A DNA stretch of 64,000 bases from an uncultured Gemmatimonadales bacterium (GCA_963816355.1 CAWFKH010000004.1:64001-128000); one strand, 5' to 3'. Positions 32,301-42,338 are shown, counted from the first letter of the stretch. Notes: generated by a model not told the origin, from the letters alone. Numbers and translations are program-made.

Positions 32301-32675
32301 ATGACACCGACCGTGACGATCCTGCTCGTCGAGGACGAGCCGATGCTGCGCGACGCCTTCCGGCTCCTGCTCGAGGACGCCGGCTACGCCGTCCGCGAGG
32401 CGGGCACCGCGGCCGAGGCGCTCGAGGCGGTCGAGGGCGGCGCGCCGTCGCTCATCCTGCTCGACCTCGGCCTCCCGGACCGGCCCGGCCTCGACGTCGT
32501 GCGCATCCTGCGCCGCCGTGAGAGCACGCGCGCCACCCCGATCATCGCGCTGACCGGCCGCTCCGGCGCCGCCGAGGAGCAGCTCTGCCTCGAAGCCGGC
32601 TGCGACCACTTCTTCGCCAAGCCGCTCGAGCCGCGCCGCCTCCTCAGCGCGCTGCCGCGCTTCCTCCCCGCGTGA
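32301..32675 (+). CDS. Single-domain response regulator
   Basis: ILLVEDE, ILLDLGLPD, IIALTG, AKP. Confidence 0.9.
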   Translation: MTPTVTILLVEDEPMLRDAFRLLLEDAGYAVREAGTAAEALEAVEGGAPSLILLDLGLPDRPGLDVVRILRRRESTRATPIIALTGRSGAAEEQLCLEAGCDHFFAKPLEPRRLLSALPRFLPA

Positions 32676-32771
32676 CGCGCCAGCGCGGGCCGCGCGCCCC
32701 CGGCGGCCGCCCGCCCGCGGCCCCGCACGCCGCCGCCGGCGATGAGCCGACGACGACGAGCCGCCGCCTCG

Positions 32772-33500
32772 CTACAGCCTTTCGAGCAGGAACTTCGGCG
32801 TCAGCCGGATGAAATAGGAGGAGAGCGTCGCGAAGCTGCCGGTGGCGAGCAGGAGCCCCGCGATCACGAGCACGGCGCCGGACGCCTTCTCGAAGACCGG
32901 GATGAAGCGACGCATCCGCTTCGCGGCGTCGAGGAACGCGCCGGTCGCGAAGGCGGCCAGCAGGAACGGGATCGCGAGGCCGAGCGCGTAGCCGGCCAGG
33001 AGGAGCATGCCGCTGGCGAGCGTCGCGCGCGTCGACGCGTAGGTGAGCACGGCGCCCAGCACCGGCCCGATGCACGGCGTCCAGCCGGCGGCGAAGACGA
33101 CGCCGATGCCGACCGCGCCGAGGTAGCCGGCGGGCCGGTTCGCGAGCTGGAAGCGGCGCTCGCGCAGCAGCGCGCCGAAGCGGAAGACGCCCAGCAGGTG
33201 CAGCCCGAGAAGCACGATGACGGCACCACCGATGCGTGCGATCCAGTCCTGGTAGCGCAGCATCACACGGCCGAGCAGCGTCGCGGACGCGCCGAGCAGC
33301 AGAAACACGAGCGAGAAGCCGGCGACGAAGAGCAGCGCGTGGATCATCGCGCTGCGTCGCCGCTCGCCCTCGCTCAGCTCGTCCAGCGACATGCCGGTGA
33401 TGAAGCCGAGGTAGCTCGGCACGAGCGGCAGCACGCACGGCGACAGGAACGACAAGAGGCCGGCGAACACGGCGACCGAAAACGAGACCGAACCTTCCAT
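32772..33500 (-). CDS. ccdA: Cytochrome c biogenesis protein CcdA
   Basis: SFLSPCVLPLVP and WTPCIGP motifs; GGGAG RBS. Confidence 0.93.
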   Translation of the reverse strand: MEGSVSFSVAVFAGLLSFLSPCVLPLVPSYLGFITGMSLDELSEGERRRSAMIHALLFVAGFSLVFLLLGASATLLGRVMLRYQDWIARIGGAVIVLLGLHLLGVFRFGALLRERRFQLANRPAGYLGAVGIGVVFAAGWTPCIGPVLGAVLTYASTRATLASGMLLLAGYALGLAIPFLLAAFATGAFLDAAKRMRRFIPVFEKASGAVLVIAGLLLATGSFATLSSYFIRLTPKFLLERL

Positions 33501-35223
33501 GTCGGCTCCCGACGAGCGCGGATCGAAACGCCTGAGACGGGCGTTGTACCGCCTCTACTACCGCGCGAAGTACTTTCCGTTCGCCGCCGAGCGGCGCGAG
33601 CGGCACGAGGCGACGCAGCGCGGCTTCGTCGCGGTGCAGCTCGACGCCGTCGCGCACGAGGACCTGCAGCGCGCGCTGCGACGCGGCTACATGCCGAACC
33701 TGCAGCGGCTCATGGACCGCTCCGGCTACGACCTGCGCACCTACCCCGCCGGCCTGCCGAGCGCCACGCCCGCGGCGCAGGCCGCGATCTTCTACGGCAC
33801 GAAGAACCGCATCCCCGCCTTCCGCTTCTACGAGAAGACGGAGCGCCGCGTCGTGATCGGCTCCCAGCCCGCCTCGGTGCAGTTCATCCGCGACCGGCTG
33901 CCGGACGAGGGCATCCTGAGCGGCGGCTCAAGCTACGTAAACCTCTTCGACGGCGGGGCGCAACGCGCCGTCTTCACGCTCGCCGCGCGCCCCCACGCGA
34001 CCCTCTTCCAGAAGATGGGCGGCGGGCGGCTCCTGCTCCTGCTGATGATGCACCCGCTGCGCGTGCTGCGCATGGTGCTCGCCAGCCTGTGGGAGTACCT
34101 GCGCGAGGAACGCGACCGCGTGCTCAGCCAGATGCGCCGCCAGTCCACCTACTACTGGTGGTACCTGCCGCTCCTCCACATCGGAACCAACGTCGTGCTG
34201 CGCGAGCTGCAGACCCTCGCCGTCCTCCTCGACATCTATACCGGCGTGCCCGCCATCTACACCACCTACAACTCCTACGACGAGTTCGCGCACCACTTCG
34301 GCCCCTCCTCCAACACCGCGCTGAAGAGCCTCCGCGTGCTCGACCGCCGCATCGGCGAGATCCTCAAGATGATCCGCCGCCTGCCCGGCCGCCCCTACGA
34401 CGTCGTCATCCTCAGCGACCACGGCCAGACCCCGGCCATCCCCTACCGCGTCCGCTACGGCGAGACCCTCGGCGACACGATCGTCGCCGCCTACGCCCAC
34501 GGCGTCCAGGTCCTCGCCGGCACCGGCGACTACGGCCCCCCCGCCGAGGCGCTCGACTTCCTCATGCGCGAGCTGGAAGAGGTGTCCGCCACCTCCAGCC
34601 GCCCCGCCCGCCACCTCGGCCTGCGCTTCACCCGCTGGCTGCGCCGCGAGTACAACCCCTTCCCGCTCGTCGCCGAGACCGTCCGCCTCGCACCCCAGGA
34701 CAGCCTCGTCGTCACCTACTCCTCCTCCCTCGCCCACGTCTACTGGACCGAGCCGACCGAACCGCTGCCCCTCGACGCCATCCGCGCCGACCCGCAGCGC
34801 CGCGCCCTCTACTACTTCCTCGTCGCCCACGGCGGCATCGGCCTCGTCGTGACCCGCGTCGTCGACGGCGCCCACGTCGAGGGGAAGAGCGGCCGCGCCC
34901 TCGTCTCGCCGGACGGCGAGTGGGAGGTGCTCGAAGGAGAGGATCCGCTCGTCGACTACGCCGACGACGTCGACGCCCGCCGTGCCCTCGTCGCCCTCGC
35001 TCGCATGCCCAACGCCGGCGACCTCGTCCTCTTCGGCGCCTACGACCCGGAACACGACGAGTGCGTCTGCTTCGACGACCAGGTCGGCGCCCACGGCGCG
35101 CTCGGCGGCCGCCAGTTCCGGCCGTTCCTGCTCACGCCCCTCGGCTGGGTGCCGGACGGCCACGAGATCCACGACCCGCTCGACCTGCACCCGCTCTTCG
35201 CGCGCTACCGGGGCGGGAGGTAG
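33499..35223 (+). CDS. Alkaline phosphatase superfamily / type I phosphodiesterase-like protein (start uncertain)
   Basis: LPSATPAAQ, YDEFAHHFGP, ILSDHGQ, GAHGALGG. Confidence 0.8.
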   Translation: MSAPDERGSKRLRRALYRLYYRAKYFPFAAERRERHEATQRGFVAVQLDAVAHEDLQRALRRGYMPNLQRLMDRSGYDLRTYPAGLPSATPAAQAAIFYGTKNRIPAFRFYEKTERRVVIGSQPASVQFIRDRLPDEGILSGGSSYVNLFDGGAQRAVFTLAARPHATLFQKMGGGRLLLLLMMHPLRVLRMVLASLWEYLREERDRVLSQMRRQSTYYWWYLPLLHIGTNVVLRELQTLAVLLDIYTGVPAIYTTYNSYDEFAHHFGPSSNTALKSLRVLDRRIGEILKMIRRLPGRPYDVVILSDHGQTPAIPYRVRYGETLGDTIVAAYAHGVQVLAGTGDYGPPAEALDFLMRELEEVSATSSRPARHLGLRFTRWLRREYNPFPLVAETVRLAPQDSLVVTYSSSLAHVYWTEPTEPLPLDAIRADPQRRALYYFLVAHGGIGLVVTRVVDGAHVEGKSGRALVSPDGEWEVLEGEDPLVDYADDVDARRALVALARMPNAGDLVLFGAYDPEHDECVCFDDQVGAHGALGGRQFRPFLLTPLGWVPDGHEIHDPLDLHPLFARYRGGR

Positions 35224-35393
35224 CGGAGGCGGGCGCGGAGGCGGAGGGCGCAAGGGCACGGGCGCGGAGGGCGCGGCGAGGGAGGGGGCGGAAGGGGCGC
35301 GGGGACTGCTTGTCACGGAGAACGGGCGGAGGGGCGGAGGGGCGGAGGACACGGAGGAGGCGCTTTCTTGGAGGCTCCTCGCTGTTCGGTGTC

Positions 35394-35674
35394 GGTCCCG
35401 GCGGCGCCGGGCGACGTCAAAGCGCTCACTCGCCGGACCCATCCCGGCGTGGGGCACACCGGACGGCTCCGAGAGCGGTCAACTCCACCCCGCGCCCGAA
35501 GCCGCACCCTCGCGGGGCAATCGAGACCGCAGCTCGGGCGGTCGGATCTGCCCCGGATCAGAAATGGCGGCCGGCGGGGCTGAGTTGACGGCGATCACGG
35601 ACGGCGCGGAGCGGCCGTCGAGCGGGTTCGGGACGGGAGATCACGGCAGTCTGTGGGGTAGCTGGCTTCCACGG
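35394..35674 (+). repeat. ~280-bp structured dispersed element, copy 1
   Basis: Colinear with the reverse complement of 55268-55552; shared block ATGGCGGCCGGCGGGGCTGAGTTGACGGCGATCACGGACGGCGCGGAGCGGCCGTCG. Confidence 0.9.
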
Positions 35675-35842
35675 TCACTCCGTGCCTCCGGCGCCCGCCC
35701 TTCGTGACCCCGCCCGGCCGCCCGCCCCGCCCCCGCCCGCCCCGCCCCCCCCCCCGACGCTCCCGGCGGTCGAACCCGTGTGAGGCAGCGAGGAGCCTTT
35801 TCCTGGGGGGGGTGCACCGCGGCCATGCTTCGCGGGGGGAGT

Positions 35843-35970
35843 GCGACATCTCGGCGGGGCGACATCTCGGCGGGGCGACATCTCGGCGGGGCGGCTGCTC
35901 GGGGGGGGCGGCTGCTCGAGGGGAACGGCTGCTCGGCAGGGCGGCTGCTCCGGGGGGCCGCTGCCCGGAA
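35843..35970 (+). repeat. Tandem repeats: 3x16-bp GCGACATCTCGGCGGG, then ~5 degenerate ~17-bp GCGGCTGCTCGG units
   Basis: Read directly from the sequence. Confidence 0.9.
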
Positions 35971-36207
35971 GAAGGGGCCGGACGTTCTGATGCGCGGCTG
36001 CGAACGAACCGGCGGGCGCGCCCGGATTCCGGGCCAGGCACCGGCGGGCGCCGCGGCGCTACGTGTCCATCAGCCGCCGGGCCCAGCTGGATCGCGCCCG
36101 GACTCGGATTCAGCACTCGGTCGCATAGGTCTTCACCCGTCCGGCAGAGAAGCTACAGAACGTTCGGCACTTGACCCCCCACCCTCGACCAAGCGTCGCG
36201 CCCCCGG

Positions 36208-36310
36208 CCGCGCCGCGCAGCTCCCCGGCGACGCGTCCCCGACCGCGCCGCGCAGCTCCCCGGCGACGCGCCCCCGACCGCGCCGCGCAGCTCCCCGGCG
36301 TCGCGCCCCC
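36208..36310 (+). repeat. 3x35-bp tandem repeat
   Basis: CCGCGCCGCGCAGCTCCCCGGCG units starting at 36208, 36243 and 36278. Confidence 0.9.
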
Positions 36311-36449
36311 AAACTTCTTTCTCCGTGTCCTCCGACCCTCCGCCGTTCTCCGTGACGAGAAGTCCCTCCGTTCTCTCCGCCCCCTCCCCTCCGCGCCCTC
36401 CACCTCCGCGCTCTCCGCCCCCTCCACCTCCGCGCCCTCCGCGCCCTCC

Positions 36450-38342
36450 TCACTCCCCGTTCGGCTCGAGGTACGTGTACCCGTCGAGCCCGTCGATGTA
36501 GTCCGCGATGAACGCGTTGGCGTCGTTGCGGCTCAGGCCCGGCGCCTTCTGCACCTTGCGGCGGAAGGTCGCGACGAGGTCACGCGCGTTGAACTGGACG
36601 TAGTGCAGGACCTCCGTCACGGTGTCGCCGTGGACGAGGTCGCCCAGCTCGTAGCCGCCGTCGGTGAGGCGCACGTGGACCGCGTTGGTGTCGCCGAACA
36701 GGTTGTGCAGGTCGCCCAGGATCTCCTGGTAGGCGCCGGTCAGGAAGATGCCGAGGATGTAGGGCTCGCCGCGCCGGAACGTGTGCAGCTCGAGGCTCGG
36801 CTTGGCGCGGCGCCAGCCGACGAAGCGGTCGATCTTGCCGTCCGAGTCGCACGTCACGTCCTGCAGCGTGCCGCGCCGCGCCGGCTCCTCGTCCAGCCGA
36901 TGGATCGGCATGATCGGGAAGAGCTGGTCGATCGCCCACGAGTCCGGCAGCGACTGGAAGAGAGAGAAGTTGCAGAAGTAGCGCTCGATCAGCGTCGCCT
37001 CCAGCTCCGGCAGCAGGTCCTCGTACTCTTCCGGGTCCTGCGCCGCGAGCGGCTCGAGCCGGTTCATGATCGAGAGGTAGAGCCCTTCCGCCGCCGCGCG
37101 CTCGCGCAGGCTCAGCACGCCGCTGATGAAGTGGGTCCGGATCTGCTCCTTCAGGAAGGTCGCGTCGTGGTAGACCTCGCGCAGGCTGCGCGCGTCGATC
37201 TCGCGCTGCGCCGCGGCCAGCTCGAGCACCAGCGGGTGGGCGTCCTCCGGCACGTCGTCGGCCGCCTCCACCACCTGCGTCTCGAGGTCGATCACGTTCA
37301 CCAGCAGCAGCGCGTGGTGCGCCGTCAGCGCGCGGCCGGACTCCGAGATCACGTGCGGCATCGGCAGTTCGTTCTCGCGGCACGCCTCCGCCAGCGTGTA
37401 GATGACGTCGTTGGCGTATTCCTGGATCGAGTAGTTCACGCTCGCGCTGGCCGTCGAGCGCGTCCCTTCGTAGTCGACGCCCAGGCCGCCGCCCACGTCG
37501 ACGTAGCTCAGCTCGACGCCCAGCGCGCGCAGCTCCACGTAGTAGCGCGCCACCTCCGCCATCGCGAGCTTGATGTTGCGGATGTCCGGGATCTGCGAGC
37601 CGAGGTGGAAGTGCACCATCCGCAGCGTGTCCAGCCGCCCCACCCGCTCGAGCCGTTCCACCACCTCCACGAGCTGCGGCGCGTTCAGACCGAACTTGCT
37701 CTTCTCCCCCGCCGACTCGGACCACCGCCCCGCCCCCGCCGTCGACAGCTTGATGCGCACCCCCGCCGTCGGCGTGACCCCCATCTCGTCCGCCACCCGC
37801 AGCAGGCTCTCCACCTCGCTCAGCTTCTCCAGCACGATCAGCACCGTGTGGCCGAGCCGCTGCCCCATCAGCGCCAGACGCATGTACTTCTCGTCCTTGT
37901 AGCCGTTGCACACGATCAGGTGGTCCGTCCCCTCCGTCAGCGCCAGCACCGCCTGCAGCTCCGGCTTGCTGCCCACTTCCAGACCCACGCCGTAGCGCTC
38001 GCCGAACGCGACGATCTCCTCCAGCACGTGCCGCTGCTGGTTCACCTTGATCGGATAGACGCTCGTGTAGGCGCCCTCGTAGCCGAACTCCGTGATCGCC
38101 GTGCGGAACCGCTCCGTCAGCGTCTCGATCCGCGTGCGCAGGATGTCGGAGAAGCGCAGCAGCAGCGGCAGCCCCACCCCCTGCGCCTTCAGGTCCATCG
38201 CCATCTCGAAGAGGTCGATGCCGCACGCCGCCTCGCGCGTCGGGTGCACCGTGACGTGACCCTTCGCGTTGATCCCGAAATAGCCGATCCCCCAGCCGTC
38301 CACGTTGTACAGCTCGCGCGAGTCCTCCGTCGTCCACGCCAT
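36450..38342 (-). CDS. speA: Biosynthetic arginine decarboxylase
   Basis: VYPIKVNQQ, GLEVGSKPEL, KSKFGL, HFHLGSQI, TCDSDG, GAYQEILGDLHNLFGD. Confidence 0.96.
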   Translation of the reverse strand: MAWTTEDSRELYNVDGWGIGYFGINAKGHVTVHPTREAACGIDLFEMAMDLKAQGVGLPLLLRFSDILRTRIETLTERFRTAITEFGYEGAYTSVYPIKVNQQRHVLEEIVAFGERYGVGLEVGSKPELQAVLALTEGTDHLIVCNGYKDEKYMRLALMGQRLGHTVLIVLEKLSEVESLLRVADEMGVTPTAGVRIKLSTAGAGRWSESAGEKSKFGLNAPQLVEVVERLERVGRLDTLRMVHFHLGSQIPDIRNIKLAMAEVARYYVELRALGVELSYVDVGGGLGVDYEGTRSTASASVNYSIQEYANDVIYTLAEACRENELPMPHVISESGRALTAHHALLLVNVIDLETQVVEAADDVPEDAHPLVLELAAAQREIDARSLREVYHDATFLKEQIRTHFISGVLSLRERAAAEGLYLSIMNRLEPLAAQDPEEYEDLLPELEATLIERYFCNFSLFQSLPDSWAIDQLFPIMPIHRLDEEPARRGTLQDVTCDSDGKIDRFVGWRRAKPSLELHTFRRGEPYILGIFLTGAYQEILGDLHNLFGDTNAVHVRLTDGGYELGDLVHGDTVTEVLHYVQFNARDLVATFRRKVQKAPGLSRNDANAFIADYIDGLDGYTYLEPNGE

Positions 38343-38346
38343 CGCC

Positions 38347-39276
38347 TTACCCGCGCCCCGCCGCCAGCAAGCGGTAGCCGATCAGCTTGTAGACCAGCTT
38401 CGCCACGAGGAAGTTCGACGCGTGCAGGCCCGGAATCGGCGCCAGCTCGACGACGTCCGCCGCCACCACTCGCCGCGACGCGAACACCTGCCGCAGCAGC
38501 TTCATCACCGGATACCACTGCAGCCCGCCCGGCTCCGGCGTGCCGGTCGCCGGGACCAGCGCGGGATCGAAGCCGTCGACGTCGAAGCTGATGTAGACGT
38601 CGTCGCCCAGACTCGACACCACCTCCCCGATCCACGCCTCGCCCGCGTGGATGTCGTCCGCCAGGAAGAGACGGATGTTGGACGCGCTCCGCGCCAGCTC
38701 CCGCTCCTCGCGCGTCAGCGAACGGATCCCCACCGCCACCAGGTCCACCCGCCCCATCACGCGGTGCATCACCGACGCGTGCGAGTACGGCGTGCCCTCG
38801 TATTCCGGCCGCAGGTCCGTGTGCGCGTCCACCTGCAGCACGCTCAGACGCCGCCCCTCCGCCGCCAGCCGCTCCGCCCACGCCTCGATCAGCGGCCCGC
38901 TGATCGCGTGCTCCCCCCCCAGCGCCACCACGAACCGCTCCCCCCCCTCCGCCAGCACCGCGTCGTACGCCCCGCGCAGCTGTGCCATCGCCGCCGCCGC
39001 GTCGCCCCGCGACAGCTCCAGCGCCGGCAGCGTCGCGATCCCGGCCCCGTACGGCTCCGCGTCCAGCTCCTGGTCGTACAGCTCGATGTAACGCGACGCG
39101 TCCAGGATCGCCGCCGGGCCGCCCCGCGTCCCGCCGCCGTAGCTCGTCGTCGACTCGTACGGCACCGGCAGCACCACCGCCGCCGCCGTCGCGAACGCCG
39201 ACGCCGCCTCGTCCAGCCCCAGGAACGTGTGCGGCAGCTCCCACGCCTGGGAGCGGAGCCGTTCCGGTAGCGTCAT
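38347..39276 (-). CDS. speB: Agmatinase
   Basis: LGGEH, DAHTD, SFDVDGFDP, TGTPEPGG; GGAGG RBS; adjacent to speA. Confidence 0.93.
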   Translation of the reverse strand: MTLPERLRSQAWELPHTFLGLDEAASAFATAAAVVLPVPYESTTSYGGGTRGGPAAILDASRYIELYDQELDAEPYGAGIATLPALELSRGDAAAAMAQLRGAYDAVLAEGGERFVVALGGEHAISGPLIEAWAERLAAEGRRLSVLQVDAHTDLRPEYEGTPYSHASVMHRVMGRVDLVAVGIRSLTREERELARSASNIRLFLADDIHAGEAWIGEVVSSLGDDVYISFDVDGFDPALVPATGTPEPGGLQWYPVMKLLRQVFASRRVVAADVVELAPIPGLHASNFLVAKLVYKLIGYRLLAAGRG

Positions 39277-39385
39277 CCGACCTCCGCCGTCCGAGTCACC
39301 TGCCTCCACGGATGCAATTAGGGGCCCCCTCCCGGAAGCCCCTTCGTCCCGTCCATTCGGCACGTCCCGCCCCGAAGGATCGGGA

Positions 39386-39865
39386 TTATACCGTCTCGAT
39401 CGGACAGGTCAACCCTTCCCACTCCAGACGCCGCCCCGCCGCCCGGCACCGCGCGCACAACCCGTAGATCTGCAACCGGTACCGCGACGGCTGGAACCCG
39501 TGCCGCCGTGCCACCTCCTCCTGCAGCCGCACCAGCGCCTCGTCCTCGATCTCCGTCACCGCGCCGCACTCCGTGCACACCAGGTGCTCGTGCACCGGCT
39601 GCTGACCGAACAGGTGCTCGTACCGCTTGAACCCCTCGCCGAAATCGTGCTCCGCCACCAGACCGCTCTTCACCAGCATCTCCAGCGTCCGGTAGATCGT
39701 CGCCTTCCCCGTCCGCTCCCCGCGCCGACGCAGCTGCTCCTCGATCTCCTCCACCGAAAGATGCCCCTCCGAGGCGAACACCACCTCCGCGATCGTCTCC
39801 CGCTGCTGCGTCACCGGCAGCCCCTGCTCCCGGAGATAGCGTCGAAACAGGTGGACGAACGACAT
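39386..39865 (-). CDS. Fur-family transcriptional regulator
   Basis: TQQR, HLSVEEI, ATIYRTL, HEHLVCTECG, GLCARC. Confidence 0.92.
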   Translation of the reverse strand: MSFVHLFRRYLREQGLPVTQQRETIAEVVFASEGHLSVEEIEEQLRRRGERTGKATIYRTLEMLVKSGLVAEHDFGEGFKRYEHLFGQQPVHEHLVCTECGAVTEIEDEALVRLQEEVARRHGFQPSRYRLQIYGLCARCRAAGRRLEWEGLTCPIETV

Positions 39866-39898
39866 CGTGCCTCCCCTGGCATCCGTTTCCAACAACAA

Positions 39899-40459
39899 TT
39901 ATCGATAGCGACTCCCGCCCGACCGCGCAACCGCCGGCGGAGACGAGCGCAACGACTCCAGCAGCGCCGCCCAGCGGATCGGGTCGCCGCCGAGCCGCTC
40001 GTGGCGAGGCGGATGGGCGGGGAGCGAGTCGTCCATGCGACGCAGCACGCCGTCGATCACGCGCGAGATGCGCTCGGGCGCCGCGGCGCCGTGCTCGCCC
40101 GTGGCGAGCTCGACCTCGAGGCGCCCCTTGCGGTCCCGGGAAGCGGAGTAGGACGCGGTGAGGATGCGTAGCAGCGGTCCGTCCTCGTCGACGGCGAGGA
40201 CGACGACGCTCGTCTCGACGCCGCCGGCGCGGCGGGGCGGGAAGATCCACACCTCCTGGATCGCGGCCACCGGGATCCGGTCGACGAAGCGTTCGAGGGC
40301 GCTCACGACGGGCGGCGTCTCGACGGGCGGCGTGAAGTCGGGGGCGTCGGCGGCGGAGGCGTCGTCGGTCACGACGGGCGGCGTCTCGACCGGCGGCGTG
40401 AAGTCGGAGGCGTCGTCGGTCGGGGCGCTCACGGGGGCGTCGTCGGTCGGGGTCCTCAC
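39899..40459 (-). CDS. Hypothetical protein with duplicated acidic N-terminal motif
   Basis: GTG overlapping upstream stop; DFTPPVETPPVV occurs twice. Confidence 0.7.
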   Translation of the reverse strand: MRTPTDDAPVSAPTDDASDFTPPVETPPVVTDDASAADAPDFTPPVETPPVVSALERFVDRIPVAAIQEVWIFPPRRAGGVETSVVVLAVDEDGPLLRILTASYSASRDRKGRLEVELATGEHGAAAPERISRVIDGVLRRMDDSLPAHPPRHERLGGDPIRWAALLESLRSSPPAVARSGGSRYR

Positions 40460-41667
40460 GCGGGCCGCTCCGCGTCGTCCTGGTCGGCGGGGCGCTCGGC
40501 TCCGCCTCCGCCGATCGCAGCGCGACCTGCATCGCCGCGGCGCTCGAGCAGCGCGCGCACGGCGTCGCGGGTGGCCTCGAGGACGCGGTCGCGCGCCCCC
40601 GGCAGCGCCTCGCCGACGAGCGCGCCGGCGGCCTTGATGTGGCCGCCGCCGCCGAAGCTGCGTGCGAGGGCGTTGACGTCGAGATCTCCGTTCGAGCGGA
40701 AGGAGACCTTGGTGGCGCCGTCGGCGGTCTGACGGAAGAGCAGCGCGACCTCGGTGTTCTCGATGGAGCGCGCGTGCTCGATGATGCCGTCGAAGTCGTC
40801 GGCGGTGGCGCCGGTGCGCTGGACGGCGTCGGCGGGTATGGTGATCCAGGTGATCGGGAGTTCGGGGTCCTTCTCGAGGCCCTCGAGCGCGTCGCGCAGC
40901 AGGCGCACGCGGTGCAGCGGCACGGTGCCGTAGATCATCCTGTACATCCGCTCCGGGTCGACGCCGCGCCGCAGCAGGTCGCCGACAATGGCGTGCGTGC
41001 GGGGCCGCGTGTTGGCGAAGCGGAAGGAGCCGGTGTCGGTGACGATGGCGGTGTAGATCGCTTCCAGCGCGGTGAGCGGCCACGCCTGCTCGCCGCCGCC
41101 CTCTTCCTCGGCGAGGCGGAAGAGATCGTAGATCAGCTCGCCCGTGGCGGAGGCGTCGGGGTCCCACACGCCGACCGCCTCGATCGGGTCCGGCGAGGGC
41201 TGGTGGTGGTCGATCACGACGGCGGGCAGCCGCTTGAGGGTCGGTGCGACGCGCCCGATGCGGCGCGGCTCGCCGGTGTCGAGGACGGCCAGCAGGTCGG
41301 CCTCGTCGAGCGCGCGGCGGCCGGCGGTGGTGGCGGCGTCCGCGATCTCGACGCGCGGGTCGGCGAGGAAGCGGAAGGCGGCGGGGTACGGCGTGGGATT
41401 GACGATCGCGACGCGGCGGCCGACGCTCGCGAGCCAGAGGCCGAGCGCGATCTCGGAGCCGGCGCCGTCGCCATCCGCGTTGACGTGGGTGGTGAGCGCG
41501 ATGCGCTGCGCGGCCAGCAGCCGCCGGCGCACCGCGGCGAGAGCGTCGCGCCGGTGCGCGGGCACGGCCAGCGAGACGGCGCGCTCGCCGTCGGCCGCGG
41601 TCGGCTCGCGGCGCCCGTCCGCGGCGGCGCCGGCCGTGGCCTCGCGGCCTGCCGTGTCGCCGCTCAC
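40456..41667 (-). CDS. nrnA: DHH/DHHA1 phosphoesterase (nanoRNase/pAp phosphatase)
   Basis: HVNADGD, IDHH, TDTGSF, GGGGH. Confidence 0.9.
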   Translation of the reverse strand: MSGDTAGREATAGAAADGRREPTAADGERAVSLAVPAHRRDALAAVRRRLLAAQRIALTTHVNADGDGAGSEIALGLWLASVGRRVAIVNPTPYPAAFRFLADPRVEIADAATTAGRRALDEADLLAVLDTGEPRRIGRVAPTLKRLPAVVIDHHQPSPDPIEAVGVWDPDASATGELIYDLFRLAEEEGGGEQAWPLTALEAIYTAIVTDTGSFRFANTRPRTHAIVGDLLRRGVDPERMYRMIYGTVPLHRVRLLRDALEGLEKDPELPITWITIPADAVQRTGATADDFDGIIEHARSIENTEVALLFRQTADGATKVSFRSNGDLDVNALARSFGGGGHIKAAGALVGEALPGARDRVLEATRDAVRALLERRGDAGRAAIGGGGAERPADQDDAERPA

Positions 41668-42338
41668 GGCAGCGTCTTGCGGATCTTGGCCCACGTGGAC
41701 GCCAGGTGAACGAGACGCGACGAGGTCGTGCCGGCGATCGAGCCCTCCGCGAGCGCGCGCAGGAAGTCGCGCGGCTCGTCGTCGAATTCCGGCACCTCGA
41801 CCGCGCCGCGGCCCAGCTCGCGCAGCGTGTGCGCGTCGGAGCCGGCGCCGAGCGGCAGCCCGCGCGCGCGCGCCCACTCGACCGCACGCCGGTTCAGCGA
41901 CGGGTCGTGCAGCCGCGCGTTGAAGCCCTCGACGGCGTCGACCAGGTCCTCGATTTCGCCCAGGATGCGGCCGCCGCCCCCCTTCCCGCCCGCGAACGGA
42001 TGCGGCACGTAGACGACGCCGCCCTGCTCGTGAATCCGCTGGCACGTCTCGCGCGCCGGCGTGCCGCGCGGGATCTTCTCCTCGATGTAGAGTCCGATCA
42101 CATCCACCCGTTCAGCCGTCTTCACTTCCTCGCCGACGATCACACGGTGGGGGAAGCGCGCCTTCAGCGCCAGCGCCGCCGCGATCTCGTCGTGGTCCGT
42201 GATGCAGACGCGGTCCAGGCCGAGCGCGTCCGCCGCCGCGATCAGCGCCTCCGGATCGTTCAGCGAATCGAAGGAGCGCGACGTGTGCGTGTGCATGTCT
42301 ATGCGGAGGCGCCGGCCCGCCGCTCCAGATCCCGCCAT
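41664..42338 (-). CDS. PHP-domain phosphoesterase
   Basis: DMHTHT..S.DS, ITDHD, PHPF, GSDAH. Confidence 0.88.
   Translation of the reverse strand: MAGSGAAGRRLRIDMHTHTSRSFDSLNDPEALIAAADALGLDRVCITDHDEIAAALALKARFPHRVIVGEEVKTAERVDVIGLYIEEKIPRGTPARETCQRIHEQGGVVYVPHPFAGGKGGGGRILGEIEDLVDAVEGFNARLHDPSLNRRAVEWARARGLPLGAGSDAHTLRELGRGAVEVPEFDDEPRDFLRALAEGSIAGTTSSRLVHLASTWAKIRKTLP

Larger units (their letters stand above)
35266..36401. repeat. Long imperfect inverted repeats (~35266-35356 and ~36321-36401) enclosing an apparently non-coding repeat-rich spacer
   Basis: GTCACGGAGAACGG..GGAGGACACGGAG versus CTCCGTGTCCTCCG..CCGTTCTCCGTGAC. Confidence 0.75.

Noticed and set aside
39880..39910. Possible Fur box upstream of the fur-family gene
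   Set aside because: Only a GATAAT half-match overlapping the upstream stop codon, with no convincing palindrome.
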